Positions 8,539 to 17,909 of a DNA stretch of 64,000 nucleotides are shown one piece after another. Source of the DNA: a virus (lineage: Duplodnaviria > Caudoviricetes); IMG/VR virus record IMGVR_UViG_3300032053_000067, positions 1,085 to 65,084 of that record, one strand, 5' to 3'. The notes below the pieces were generated by a model. It did not search any database. It saw nothing but the letters and a program-made list of their open reading frames with translations, and was not told where the DNA came from. How positions within the stretch are numbered: position 1 is the first letter of the stretch; each line of letters begins with the position of its first letter. The position numbers were made by a program, and so were the translations under genes.

Positions 8539-9533
8539 CGCCCGCCACCCTAAAAGCGCCTATGCCTTTTTTCGGCGGTAAGTCAAAGGTCGCGGATCTA
8601 ATTTGGTCTAAATTTGGCGACGTGCCGAATTTCGTAGAACCCTTCTGCGGATCGTGCGCAGTGCTGTTGGCCCGGCCATCGGAACCACGGATCGAAACCG
8701 TGAATGACGTTGACGGGCTGATTTGCAACATGTGGCGGGCGCTGAAAGCGGACCCGGAAGCCGTGGCTAGTTATGCCGACTGGCCAGTCCTAGAAAATTG
8801 CCTCCATGCTCGGCACGCTTGGCTTGTCGGGCAAAAGGACGGTTTACAATCCCGGCTTGAAGGCGATCCCGACTACTACGACGCCAAGATCGCGGGGTAC
8901 TGGCTCTGGGGTATGGCGTGCTGGATTGGTAGCGGGTTTTGTAGCGGCAACGGCCCGTGGCATGTGGTAGATGGCAAACTGGTTGACACGGGCGACGCGG
9001 GCCAGGGTGTGCAACGGCAACTGGTCCACCTTGGCGACGCGGGCCAGGGCGTGCAACGGAAACGGCAGATATTGAGCGGGGCATATTCGTCGGCAAAAGG
9101 CGCGGCAAACAAAACCGGCGAGGCGCTGTTGGAATGGTTCGCTGCGCTGTCAGATCGGTTACGCCGAGTGCGTGTCTGTTGCGGCGACTGGTCGCGGGTG
9201 TGTGGGCCGAGCGTGACGTTCAAAAATGGGCTTACGGGAATTTTTATGGACCCGCCATATGCTGCCGGACGCGATGACAACCTGTACCGGGTTGATAGCA
9301 CTGATGTAACCCATGATGTTGCCGCGTGGTGCATCGAGAATGGCGATAACCCGTTACTGCGGATCGCGCTGTGCGGGTACGACGGCACCATGGACATGCC
9401 CGCATCGTGGGAATGTGTGCCATGGAAAACGCGCGGCGGGTACGGATCGCAGGGGGGTGGGCGCGGGAAAGCGAACGCGGGCCGGGAGCGGATTTGGTTC
9501 AGTCCCGCATGTTTACAAACGGAGTTGTTCTAA
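8535..9533 (+). CDS. DNA adenine methyltransferase (Dam/D12-like)
   Basis: PFFGGKS, FVEPFCGS, ETVND, IFMDPPY. Confidence 0.9.
   Translation: MTPATLKAPMPFFGGKSKVADLIWSKFGDVPNFVEPFCGSCAVLLARPSEPRIETVNDVDGLICNMWRALKADPEAVASYADWPVLENCLHARHAWLVGQKDGLQSRLEGDPDYYDAKIAGYWLWGMACWIGSGFCSGNGPWHVVDGKLVDTGDAGQGVQRQLVHLGDAGQGVQRKRQILSGAYSSAKGAANKTGEALLEWFAALSDRLRRVRVCCGDWSRVCGPSVTFKNGLTGIFMDPPYAAGRDDNLYRVDSTDVTHDVAAWCIENGDNPLLRIALCGYDGTMDMPASWECVPWKTRGGYGSQGGGRGKANAGRERIWFSPACLQTELF
8991..9059 (+). repeat. In-frame 42-bp tandem repeat (about 1.6 copies) in adenine MTase
   Basis: GGCGACGCGGGCCAGGGYGTGCAACGG at 8991 and 9033, encoding GDAGQGVQR twice. Confidence 0.85.
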
Positions 9534-9576
9534 TGACGCCCACCTACCAGAACGCCGAGCGCGGGGAAGGGACGCA

Positions 9577-12159
9577 ATGAACCTCCGCCCGTACCAGACA
9601 GCCGCCGTGGAAGCCGTCGAACGCGGCTGGGGCGAGTTCCAGCGGCAGCTTGTAGTGATGCCCACCGGTGTTGGCAAGACGATCTGCTTTGCTCATCTCG
9701 CGGCACGCGAGGCGGCGCGCGGCGGTAACACGATGATCCTGGCGCATCGTGACGAACTGCTCCAGCAGGCCCAAGACAAGATCCGCGTCGCGGTCGGTAT
9801 GGATAGCGCACTCGAAAAAGCCGATAGCATCGCCTATGACGGGCTGTTCCGGAAACCGATCACGGTGGCCAGCGTCCAGACGCTGCACGCCAAACGCCTT
9901 GAGAAATGGGCACCCGACGCCGTGGACTTGCTCGTTGTAGACGAGGCCCATCACGCACTGTCTGACAGCTATAGAGCAATCATTAACCATTTCAGTAACG
10001 CCCGCGTGTTGGGTGTGACGGCTACACCTGATCGCGGCGACAAACGCGACATGGGCGAGGTGTTTGAAGGCATTGCCTACGAGTATTCGATCCGCGACGC
10101 TATCGCGGACGGCTACCTATCCCCGATTGCAGCCGAACTTATCCCCATCAAGATCGACTTGTCGAAAGTGCGGACCATGGCGGGCGATTACAACGTGGCG
10201 GACCTCGACGAGTCGCTGCTTCCTTATCTTGATACCGTCGCCCGCGAAGTGGCCAGCCACGTGGTTGCGCGGAAGACGTTGATTTTTCTGCCGTTGGTGC
10301 GCACGTCTCAGGCGTTTGCTAAACTGCTCCGCGACTATGGGATCTCGGCGGAACACATCGACGGCGCCAGTCCTGACCGAGCAGATATCCTAAAGCGATA
10401 CGCGGCCAGCGAGTTTCAGGCGCTTTGTAATTCGGCGCTGCTGTTCGAAGGATACGACCAGCCGGACATCTCGTGCGTCGTGCCACTGAGGCCAACGCAG
10501 TCGCGGCCGCTCTATTGCCTTGATTCACAAACAGAACTGCTGACGCCATCAGGGTGGAAGTTAAACGTAGAGGTTGGCGATGACGTTGCGGCATGGAACA
10601 AAGAGACAGGCGAGATTAGGTTTACACCAGCGATTGCGCAAACAAGACGTTTCCTATATCCAGATGAACATTTCATTTCGCTAGTAAGTCAGTCGGTGGA
10701 TATCCGAGTCAGTAATAAACATCGGATGATTTACGACAATAGAAGGCGGAACGGATGGAAATTTACCGAAGTATCGAGGCTTGCTTCTTTACGCGACACG
10801 TCTTATATACCAGTGGCGGGGTGCGCCTCAACGCCCGGGGTTCCTCTTTCTAATGATGAATTACGTTTTATAGGATGGGTAATGACGGATGGTTCTATCA
10901 ACAAACACAATGGCGGTATTGCTATTACCCAGGGCGAACACCAACCATGGCTTGAAGACATCCAAAAGTGCATTGATGGGTGCGGGTTTAAATATAACAG
11001 GTTTGTAAGAGTAAGGTGTGGTGCTTTCAAGGCTAATAGCGATTGTGTGACATGGACAATATCTAAAGGGGTGCCGCGTGGCAGGGATAAACATTTGCGC
11101 GGATGGGGAGCACTTGAGCCGTGGCTGTCTAAAGACTTCGCGCCGGCATTAATGGCTGTTAATAATAAACAATTTGATGTTTTACTTAAGGCTATCCATC
11201 TCGGTGATGGCCTTAAACAGAAGTCGTTAAATTGGACACAGCGGTCTTACCATATTTCTAAAGGAAATAAGGCTTTTATTGAACGCCTTCAAATTTGCGC
11301 GTTGATGCATGGATATCGTGCAAACATTTCTGCTGTTAAGGTATTACCAGGAAGACAACCCCTCTATTACCTTCATCTCAAAAAACAAGAATGGTCAAGA
11401 GTTGGTGGGCAACGCGGAGATCGGCCATCATGGAAAATTGAACCGCATTCAAAAGAAGAATGCTGGTGCGTAGAAAACGAATTTGGAACACTCGTAACCC
11501 GCCACAACGGGAAAGTGGCTATTGTTAGTAATTGCCAAATGGTCGGACGCGGCACCCGGATTTTTCCCGGCAAAGAAAATCTGTTGGTGCTTGACTTCCT
11601 GTGGCAGACCACGAAACACAAACTCTGCCAGCCCGCTTCGCTGTTTGCCCATTCGGTCGAGGAAGCCGACAGCATCATGGCGCAAGTAATCCCCGGCGGC
11701 GGGCAGATAGACCTGCTCGAAGCCGAGGCCGACGCCAAAAAACAGCGGGAAGAATCTCTGCGGAAGAAGCTGCAAGAGACCCAGAAAAAACAGCGGCGTT
11801 CGATTGATCCGGTTTCGTTTGCGCTTTCTATCGATTGCATGGATCTAGCCGAATGGGAACCCGAAGCGGCATGGCATGAGAAAACCGTCACGGACGGCCA
11901 GCGAAAGGCATTGTCGAATTTTGGCATTGACCTCGCTACTGTGACGTGCCGCGGCCATGCGTCCGCGATTCTCGACGTGATTTTTGCGCGCCGACAAGCG
12001 GGACTCTGTACGCCGAAACAAGCGGCCGTGCTCAACAAATATGGGTATTCGTCTAATACCAGTTTCGAGGAAGCGAAGGGACTTATTGACACCATCGCCG
12101 CAAACGGGTGGCAACGGCCAATACTCGTAGTTGCAGCACCATTACCACTAGATTATTAA
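9577..12159 (+). CDS. SF2 DEAH-box helicase interrupted by an intein
   Basis: LRPYQ, PTGVGKT, VVDEAHH, TATP, EGYDQP; motif VI SRPLY/CQMVGRGTR is split by a 339-aa insert. Confidence 0.92.
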   Translation: MNLRPYQTAAVEAVERGWGEFQRQLVVMPTGVGKTICFAHLAAREAARGGNTMILAHRDELLQQAQDKIRVAVGMDSALEKADSIAYDGLFRKPITVASVQTLHAKRLEKWAPDAVDLLVVDEAHHALSDSYRAIINHFSNARVLGVTATPDRGDKRDMGEVFEGIAYEYSIRDAIADGYLSPIAAELIPIKIDLSKVRTMAGDYNVADLDESLLPYLDTVAREVASHVVARKTLIFLPLVRTSQAFAKLLRDYGISAEHIDGASPDRADILKRYAASEFQALCNSALLFEGYDQPDISCVVPLRPTQSRPLYCLDSQTELLTPSGWKLNVEVGDDVAAWNKETGEIRFTPAIAQTRRFLYPDEHFISLVSQSVDIRVSNKHRMIYDNRRRNGWKFTEVSRLASLRDTSYIPVAGCASTPGVPLSNDELRFIGWVMTDGSINKHNGGIAITQGEHQPWLEDIQKCIDGCGFKYNRFVRVRCGAFKANSDCVTWTISKGVPRGRDKHLRGWGALEPWLSKDFAPALMAVNNKQFDVLLKAIHLGDGLKQKSLNWTQRSYHISKGNKAFIERLQICALMHGYRANISAVKVLPGRQPLYYLHLKKQEWSRVGGQRGDRPSWKIEPHSKEECWCVENEFGTLVTRHNGKVAIVSNCQMVGRGTRIFPGKENLLVLDFLWQTTKHKLCQPASLFAHSVEEADSIMAQVIPGGGQIDLLEAEADAKKQREESLRKKLQETQKKQRRSIDPVSFALSIDCMDLAEWEPEAAWHEKTVTDGQRKALSNFGIDLATVTCRGHASAILDVIFARRQAGLCTPKQAAVLNKYGYSSNTSFEEAKGLIDTIAANGWQRPILVVAAPLPLDY
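10516..11532 (+). mobile_element. Intein with LAGLIDADG homing endonuclease
   Basis: Starts CLDSQTELLTPSGW; block B IRVSNKHRM; LRFIGWVMTDGS and LLKAIHLGDG; ends TLVTRHNGKVAIVSN followed by C. Visibly AT-richer than the exteins. Confidence 0.92.
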
Positions 12160-12191
12160 CAACAGCGGCGCAGGCCGCGAGGAGGCATGAC

Positions 12192-12479
12192 ATGAAGCTA
12201 GATATTTGCGGCAACGACAAGACGCTGTATAGCGCCCATGGTGAATACGAACCCGGTGACCAAGCCCTTGAACCGTGTCCGTTTTGCGGTGGCATGGATA
12301 TAGAAGTAGACAATACACACACCCCACATTATACGGCTATTTGCCAAACCTGCGGAGCGGAAAAACCAGCGGCAGATTCCAGGAGTAGCGGAAACCATTC
12401 CAAAACAAAGGCGGCTTGCAGGCGCGCCCATAGACGTAGCTTTCAGTCTGCAATTGATGAATGGAACAAAAGAGCATAG
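12192..12479 (+). CDS. Lar-like restriction alleviation family zinc-ribbon protein
   Basis: LEPCPFCGG...CQTCGA...AIDEWNKRA; GGAGG SD before ATG 12192. Confidence 0.75.
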   Translation: MKLDICGNDKTLYSAHGEYEPGDQALEPCPFCGGMDIEVDNTHTPHYTAICQTCGAEKPAADSRSSGNHSKTKAACRRAHRRSFQSAIDEWNKRA

Positions 12480-12555
12480 CGGCGTGTGCCGCAAGAAAGC
12501 ATAATAGAAACGGTACCGCGGGCCGAAGAAACGCAACGGGAAAAAGGAGCATGAC

Positions 12556-12948
12556 GTGGAAAAGGGAAAACCCATACTGATTGACTCGAAAGTGCTGGGT
12601 GAGATTATGAGGACACATTCGCCGGCCTGCCTTATGGCAGCTGCCGAGATCCTCGCCGCGGCTGGCTGCGACGAGAAGGGCGAGGTCGTGCCGCTGACGG
12701 CGAACGGTAAGCGAGCGCGAATACACCCAACGGCCAGTGACGGGTTTATTATTTTGGCTTGTTTACCAGGGGAGCGGATCTCGGATGCAGACCTTATTAA
12801 GGCGGGGGGGAATCCAAACGAAGGTCCACGTTTACTCGCGGCGCTTGGCGTGCCGGAGCCGACGCGGACGTGCGCGACGTGTGATATGCGCGATGTCTGT
12901 AGAGTGACACCAGATAGGTGTTCTAATTGGGAGCCGCGCCATGACTGA
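12556..12948 (+). CDS. Hypothetical protein, Cys-rich C-terminus
   Basis: AAGGAG SD; TCATC...C...CSNWEPR. Confidence 0.6.
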   Translation: MEKGKPILIDSKVLGEIMRTHSPACLMAAAEILAAAGCDEKGEVVPLTANGKRARIHPTASDGFIILACLPGERISDADLIKAGGNPNEGPRLLAALGVPEPTRTCATCDMRDVCRVTPDRCSNWEPRHD

Positions 12949-13078
12949 CACGGCCATTGCATCGACGCCTGTACTGTACACGCAACCGATAATAATCAGC
13001 AGCACACCGAAACCCTATATGTGGGTAGAGTTTAACTATGGTGTGCAACTAGCACGAGCGATGAAAAGGACACCATGA
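12941..13078 (+). CDS. Small hypothetical protein (45 aa)
   Basis: Manual translation MTDTAIASTPVLY...; overlaps both neighbours. Confidence 0.45.
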   Translation: MTDTAIASTPVLYTQPIIISSTPKPYMWVEFNYGVQLARAMKRTP

Positions 13079-13446
13079 CTGACACAGCCGACAATATAAT
13101 CAAAGGTATAACCGAGGCCGTGTATCAGATATATAATCATGGTCTAAATCGCTCACGGCCCTACAACGGCCAGCCACATACGAGCGAAGGGGAACGTGGG
13201 AAAACTATTGTGTCCGGTCTCACATACCGGGATATCGCTGACTGTTTTGTAAAGGGATGGCTAGTCGCGGCTGGGCACTCAGGCATATTAGAAAGTCCCG
13301 ATTGTACATATAACGATATCTACAAGTTTGGTGGTGAATGCGATGTAGATCCGCTTGCTGTGAAACAAAACATGTCATGCGAAATGGAAAAGTTGATGGG
13401 CATTTACCCCAATGTTCCAAAGCTAGAAGAGAACGCCGATGACTAA
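13075..13446 (+). CDS. Hypothetical protein
   Basis: Coupled ORF in accessory array. Confidence 0.65.
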   Translation: MTDTADNIIKGITEAVYQIYNHGLNRSRPYNGQPHTSEGERGKTIVSGLTYRDIADCFVKGWLVAAGHSGILESPDCTYNDIYKFGGECDVDPLAVKQNMSCEMEKLMGIYPNVPKLEENADD

Positions 13447-13774
13447 CACCATGATCCAAGAACGCGCCCAGGCACTGTACGAGAAGATACCCCATGACAT
13501 AGTTGTTGCTGCAAATACAATGGCAAGCACACTACTATGCGAACATGATCTTGTTCTCTTCCACGCTGCCCTGCTCGCGGCCCGTGCGCAGGGGGCGAAG
13601 GAGGAAGGGGAACGATGCGCTGACTTGCTAGACCCGTTTATCGCCTATGCAATCTCGAAAGACGACCCCGTACTGATGGGCTTGGTGCAAACCATACGGC
13701 AATACATTGACAGCGGCGACACCATCGATGCCATCCGCAACCCGCCCGCTGAGCCAGGGAAGGAGCACACATAA
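13439..13774 (+). CDS. Hypothetical protein
   Basis: Coupled ORF in accessory array. Confidence 0.65.
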   Translation: MTNTMIQERAQALYEKIPHDIVVAANTMASTLLCEHDLVLFHAALLAARAQGAKEEGERCADLLDPFIAYAISKDDPVLMGLVQTIRQYIDSGDTIDAIRNPPAEPGKEHT

Positions 13775-13776
13775 GT

Positions 13777-13956
13777 ATGTGGTATCACATTCCACTCCCT
13801 CGTAAACTAGGCGGGTCGTATCCGCCCGCGGTAGAAATCCGCGCCCCAAGGAATGCTGTAATTATTGTGCGTGAATATTGCGGAGGAGCTACTTTCGAGT
13901 GCTGTAACGGACAGATTACACGCATAGACCCGCCCGCTGAAACAGGGAAGGAGTAA
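13777..13956 (+). CDS. Small hypothetical protein (59 aa)
   Basis: MWYHIPLPRKLGG...RIDPPAETGKE; bounded by a 26-bp direct repeat. Confidence 0.5.
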   Translation: MWYHIPLPRKLGGSYPPAVEIRAPRNAVIIVREYCGGATFECCNGQITRIDPPAETGKE

Positions 13957-13960
13957 AGCG

Positions 13961-14101
13961 ATGAATACAACTGACTGGTTAAACATTTTAGGGCTCGTTG
14001 GGTGTGTAGTGCTCGTTGTCGAAATACAACTGCACGTCCTCTACAAAGGGTTTTTGGATCTTATGGCGGCTCTAACAGGAGATAAACCCAATGCCAAATG
14101 A
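13961..14101 (+). CDS. Small membrane protein (46 aa)
   Basis: AAGGAG SD; MNTTDWLNILGLVGCVVLVVEI... Confidence 0.5.
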   Translation: MNTTDWLNILGLVGCVVLVVEIQLHVLYKGFLDLMAALTGDKPNAK

Positions 14102-14342
14102 ACCGATGACCCCGGAGCGCCGGGCGGAAATCAAGGCAGTCGTGGACGAAATAAAAGCCCACCATCCCGCACATTGTAACTGCTTATACTGCTTATATAT
14201 TTTACCGCTCGTGGCCGAAGTCGAGCGGTTACAGGCGCGGGTGGCGGAGTTGGTAGTGCGTCTTTCGTTGCCAGAACCCGATTGTGATGCGGCAGATGAC
14301 GAAATCTTCGATGACACGGATGATTCTGCTTTTGAAGGTTAA
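14091..14342 (+). CDS. Hypothetical protein
   Basis: AGGAG SD; LVAEVERLQARVAEL coiled coil. Confidence 0.65.
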   Translation: MPNEPMTPERRAEIKAVVDEIKAHHPAHCNCLYCLYILPLVAEVERLQARVAELVVRLSLPEPDCDAADDEIFDDTDDSAFEG

Positions 14343-14353
14343 GGAGACCCCCG

Positions 14354-14578
14354 ATGCCTGACCCGAACGTGACGCCGATGACGCCAGAGGAAGTGGCGGC
14401 GTACAGAGCAAGGCGCCTAGCGTTTGACGCCGGTGTATCTGACGATAAGCATCATCAAATATATGCGCTTATAGAACAGATAGACCCACTGCCACTGATT
14501 GCTAATAGGCCTAATGTAGATAAACTATTCGCCGCCGCGCGAGCAGAAACCCCGGACGCGGGCCGAGAGGAGGAGTGA
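14354..14578 (+). CDS. Hypothetical protein
   Basis: TAAGGAG SD. Confidence 0.65.
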   Translation: MPDPNVTPMTPEEVAAYRARRLAFDAGVSDDKHHQIYALIEQIDPLPLIANRPNVDKLFAAARAETPDAGREEE

Positions 14579-14826
14579 TGGTACATAGGATTCAACTACC
14601 CGAGGGCGAGGAGGCCGTGCTGTATACCGACTACGCCGCGCTCGAAACCCGCTGCCAGCAGGCGGAGGACGCACTGCGGGAGTTGGGCGAGGCGGTCGCG
14701 GGGCTAATGAAGAAGGCGAGAACCGTTCAGGATATAGTAACCCTATGTGCCACTGATAACTACAAGGGTCTGGCCTACGAGATGGCGCTTGCCGTCATCG
14801 CGGCGGCGGAAAAGGCCCAGCCGTGA
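14575..14826 (+). CDS. Hypothetical protein
   Basis: GGAGGAG SD; VLYTDYAALE motif common in phage early genes. Confidence 0.6.
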   Translation: MMVHRIQLPEGEEAVLYTDYAALETRCQQAEDALRELGEAVAGLMKKARTVQDIVTLCATDNYKGLAYEMALAVIAAAEKAQP

Positions 14827-14998
14827 CGTGCCAATGCCAAGCCCGACAGCGCCTAAAAGGGCTATCCAAACATGCCCGAAAGGTTTACCGGGTTAGAAAA
14901 AGACGATTCGTGGGCTGGAGAACAACAGCGCAGTTATACGCAGACGCGCTTGGTGAACTTGTAGAGGCCGTCCATGCGGCGGCGAGAGGAGAGGGAAC

Positions 14999-15700
14999 GT
15001 GAAAACAATACTGTATGAAGACGGTCTGTGTATTATTCAGTATCATCCCGAAGGGTTTTTTGTGGCACATGACACAAAGCCCGATGAGCCAATACAACGG
15101 GCGGTGGGCGAGGCCATTAAGCGCCTTGTCTATGAATGTGCCGCCGCCCGCGCTGAACTCGCCACCGTGAAACAGGAACGGGAGGCCGATCTAATCACCG
15201 TTCGGGACGTTCAGGATATGGCAACACGTGCTGTCGCGGCTGTACGCACCAATGTCGCTGCCGAACTCGCCGCGCTCCAGCAGTGGCGGGACTACGTATT
15301 AAGTGCACTACGGGGATTGAAACGATGGAAAATAGACTGGAAAGGACAGCGTGTATTAGCGGACGAACGTGGTATGTGGACTGGTTACGCCGCTCTCCAA
15401 ACCCTGCTCGCGCCGCCTGCGCCGAAACAGGAGGCGCGACAGCCCGCCGAGGTGTTCCCGCCGAGTGAGTATATCCGCGAGGAAATGGAAAAGCGCGGGT
15501 GGGACCGCCTTGCGTTACTAGATGCAACAGGGACAGACCGCGTACTAGATGAACTGGTGATGAACGTAGTCGATCACAATGCCTGTGTCACCCCTGACAT
15601 CGCCGCCGCGCTTGACCGCGCATTTGGTACCGGCCCGGACGTGTGGCTGAACCTCGACCGCGTGTGGCGGGAACGGCAACAGGAGACACAAAATGGATAG
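14999..15700 (+). CDS. Coiled-coil protein with C-terminal HigA-like HTH domain
   Basis: PAEVFPPSEYIREEMEKRGW...VTPDIAAALDRAFGTGPDVWLNL. Confidence 0.72.
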   Translation: MKTILYEDGLCIIQYHPEGFFVAHDTKPDEPIQRAVGEAIKRLVYECAAARAELATVKQEREADLITVRDVQDMATRAVAAVRTNVAAELAALQQWRDYVLSALRGLKRWKIDWKGQRVLADERGMWTGYAALQTLLAPPAPKQEARQPAEVFPPSEYIREEMEKRGWDRLALLDATGTDRVLDELVMNVVDHNACVTPDIAAALDRAFGTGPDVWLNLDRVWRERQQETQNG

Positions 15701-16100
15701 GTGTAGCGAGTGTGGGAATACGAGGCGAAGTTTGTACGTGATTGCCGAAAGCCCAGGCGTCGCGGTCTGTTCACGTTGTTTCTACCCGCTGGCCCGCGAA
15801 TGTATTAAGCGGCGCAGGGCAGATCCTGAATTGAAAGCGGCATACGATAAGGTTTTCTCATTACTAACACCTGCGGAATTGGAGAGGATCAACGTAAGCG
15901 AACGGACAAAAGTTACTGAGCCGAAACGGGACGCGCCCGCCGACAACCGAGAGGAAGAGGAAAAGGCCAAAGCTCTATATGAGGGAGAGTCGTGTAGCAA
16001 CTGCGGTGAACATGATTGCGTGGTGAGGATCGCCGTTCCCGCTACAACACATTGCCCGGACTGGAATCAGGCCGCGCCCAGAACCCGCCCTCGCCATTGA
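15693..16100 (+). CDS. Hypothetical Cys-rich protein
   Basis: CSEC...CSRC and CSNC...C...C motifs. Confidence 0.6.
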   Translation: MDRCSECGNTRRSLYVIAESPGVAVCSRCFYPLARECIKRRRADPELKAAYDKVFSLLTPAELERINVSERTKVTEPKRDAPADNREEEEKAKALYEGESCSNCGEHDCVVRIAVPATTHCPDWNQAAPRTRPRH

Positions 16101-16234
16101 AGTCAAATCGTGTGTTGGTTGCTTACGTGCATCGTGCCCGTTTCTGATTGTCACGGCACCGACATCAAACTGCACGTGCCGGCAATGGCTGAAGTGTGAA
16201 CCGGATGCGCCCGCGTAGGCGGAAGGAGAGGCCA

Positions 16235-16546
16235 ATGGGTAAATTAATTGACGGCGCACCTTGGGCAACGTTCCTGATGAACAAAGGGGACGTGACCGGG
16301 AAGTGTGCGAAATGCGGCGGGGTAGTCGCTGAATGGTTGGTCGTCTTGGATGACTGCTATGGCGTTTATCGTGGTCAGTGTCCGGCTTGTGGCGCAATCA
16401 ATCTGCTTGGTGGAGAAGGGCGCGGGTACCATAGTGGAGGAATGACGCTAGTACTTCCGTGTAAGCATGAAATCGAAATGAACAAATGGCCCGACAGTCC
16501 CGTCCGTGAGTGCCAGTGCGCGCAGGCGGAAGGAGAAACGCCGTGA
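16235..16546 (+). CDS. Hypothetical zinc-binding protein
   Basis: AAGGAG SD; CAKC...CPAC. Confidence 0.6.
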   Translation: MGKLIDGAPWATFLMNKGDVTGKCAKCGGVVAEWLVVLDDCYGVYRGQCPACGAINLLGGEGRGYHSGGMTLVLPCKHEIEMNKWPDSPVRECQCAQAEGETP

Positions 16547-16863
16547 ACATGAATGAACTTGCACACCAGATCCACCAATACGCTAATGAGCATGGGTGGT
16601 GGGATACGGAACGAAACGTCGGCGCAATACTGGCGCTTGTCCACTCTGATGTGTATGACGCGCTAGAAGATTGGCGCACAGACCACATGGAATCGTACCT
16701 CGATGGCACTAAGCCCTGTGGTTTCCCATCCGAAATGGCCGACATCATTATTCGCGTGCTGGACATCTGCGCGGCGTTCGACATCGACATAGATGGAGAA
16801 GTGTTGGCCAAGATGCAATACAACCAGACGCGGCCCTACCGCCACGGAGGGAAGCGCGCATGA
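16543..16863 (+). CDS. MazG-like nucleotide pyrophosphohydrolase
   Basis: ALVHSDVYDALED...GFPSEMADIIIRVLD...KMQYNQTRPYRHGGK. Confidence 0.85.
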   Translation: MNMNELAHQIHQYANEHGWWDTERNVGAILALVHSDVYDALEDWRTDHMESYLDGTKPCGFPSEMADIIIRVLDICAAFDIDIDGEVLAKMQYNQTRPYRHGGKRA

Positions 16864-17133
16864 GAACCATCGGTATCATCCAATCCGCCGCGGACGTGTG
16901 CGACCTACTGGCCGACGAGACCGCGCTGACTATCGGCGTGAAGCCGCGGGACGGGGTGTGGGGGTGGAGGATAGGGACGTGAATTTTCCATTGTCCTGTG
17001 AGTTCTGTTGCCGGTTTGATAGTTCATGGACATGGGCGGCGTTGATGAAACATCGTAAGCATTGTATGAAACGGTTTACGGCAAAACAGCGGCGGCGTAG
17101 GCGTTAGGCTATCGCCGGGAAAGGCGGGATGGT

Positions 17134-17907
17134 ATGAAACTAATAAAACCAAAAGGCGAAACCCGTTGGCCCAACACGCTTAACGGGCCACGAAAAGCGG
17201 GTGCGATTCTGATCGGCGGCGAATTAATGTACACCTTTCTGCGCCAAACGGAACGTGAGGCGAAAAGCAATGCAGCCGACGCATTCGGGACAACATGGAG
17301 GAAAATGCAACATGCTGGCTACCGCTGTCACCGCGTACTGGTCATCGACCCTGAGCAAATCGAGGAAGCGATCCGGCTATTCAATGACGGTGAGTGGCAG
17401 GCGGGCATGGAAAAACTGCTTGCGCTGACGGGGCGCAAATCGCCGTTGCTCGATATCCTCAAACGGGGAAAGCCGGTGTCATCCGTAGAAGTTGCCGCAA
17501 GGCCAGAGTGCGATTTTACAATAACACCGTGCAAACCAAAGAACTCTTGGCATAACCCAAGGCAAACCAGAAGGAGCACGAACGTGAGGAGAATCATACA
17601 GGTTCAGTACGAACTCCCCTGCAACAAGTGGATGTGCGGGCGGTGTGGCGAAATATCCGTTGTGGAGACCTGCACCATGTTTGGCGGTGCTGTACGCAAG
17701 AAAGACGGTAAGGGCCGTTTCTTGCGCCTGCCCGCCTGCATCGCCGCAGACACCGACCTGGAGCCGTGCGAGGCAGGTTGCCGGCGCGAGGCCACGTACA
17801 CCGACGGCAAGGGCAGCGATCTCTGTACGCCGTGCTGGAACGCGCTGATAAAAGAGGCGAAGGCCGAACATGACGCCAAGGCCGCGATGGACGCGGCGAA
17901 GGAGTAG
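17134..17907 (+). CDS. Hypothetical protein (possibly two fused genes)
   Basis: Long ORF with an internal AAGGAG SD and in-frame GTG near 17584. Confidence 0.6.
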   Translation: MKLIKPKGETRWPNTLNGPRKAGAILIGGELMYTFLRQTEREAKSNAADAFGTTWRKMQHAGYRCHRVLVIDPEQIEEAIRLFNDGEWQAGMEKLLALTGRKSPLLDILKRGKPVSSVEVAARPECDFTITPCKPKNSWHNPRQTRRSTNVRRIIQVQYELPCNKWMCGRCGEISVVETCTMFGGAVRKKDGKGRFLRLPACIAADTDLEPCEAGCRREATYTDGKGSDLCTPCWNALIKEAKAEHDAKAAMDAAKE

Positions 17908-17909
17908 GT

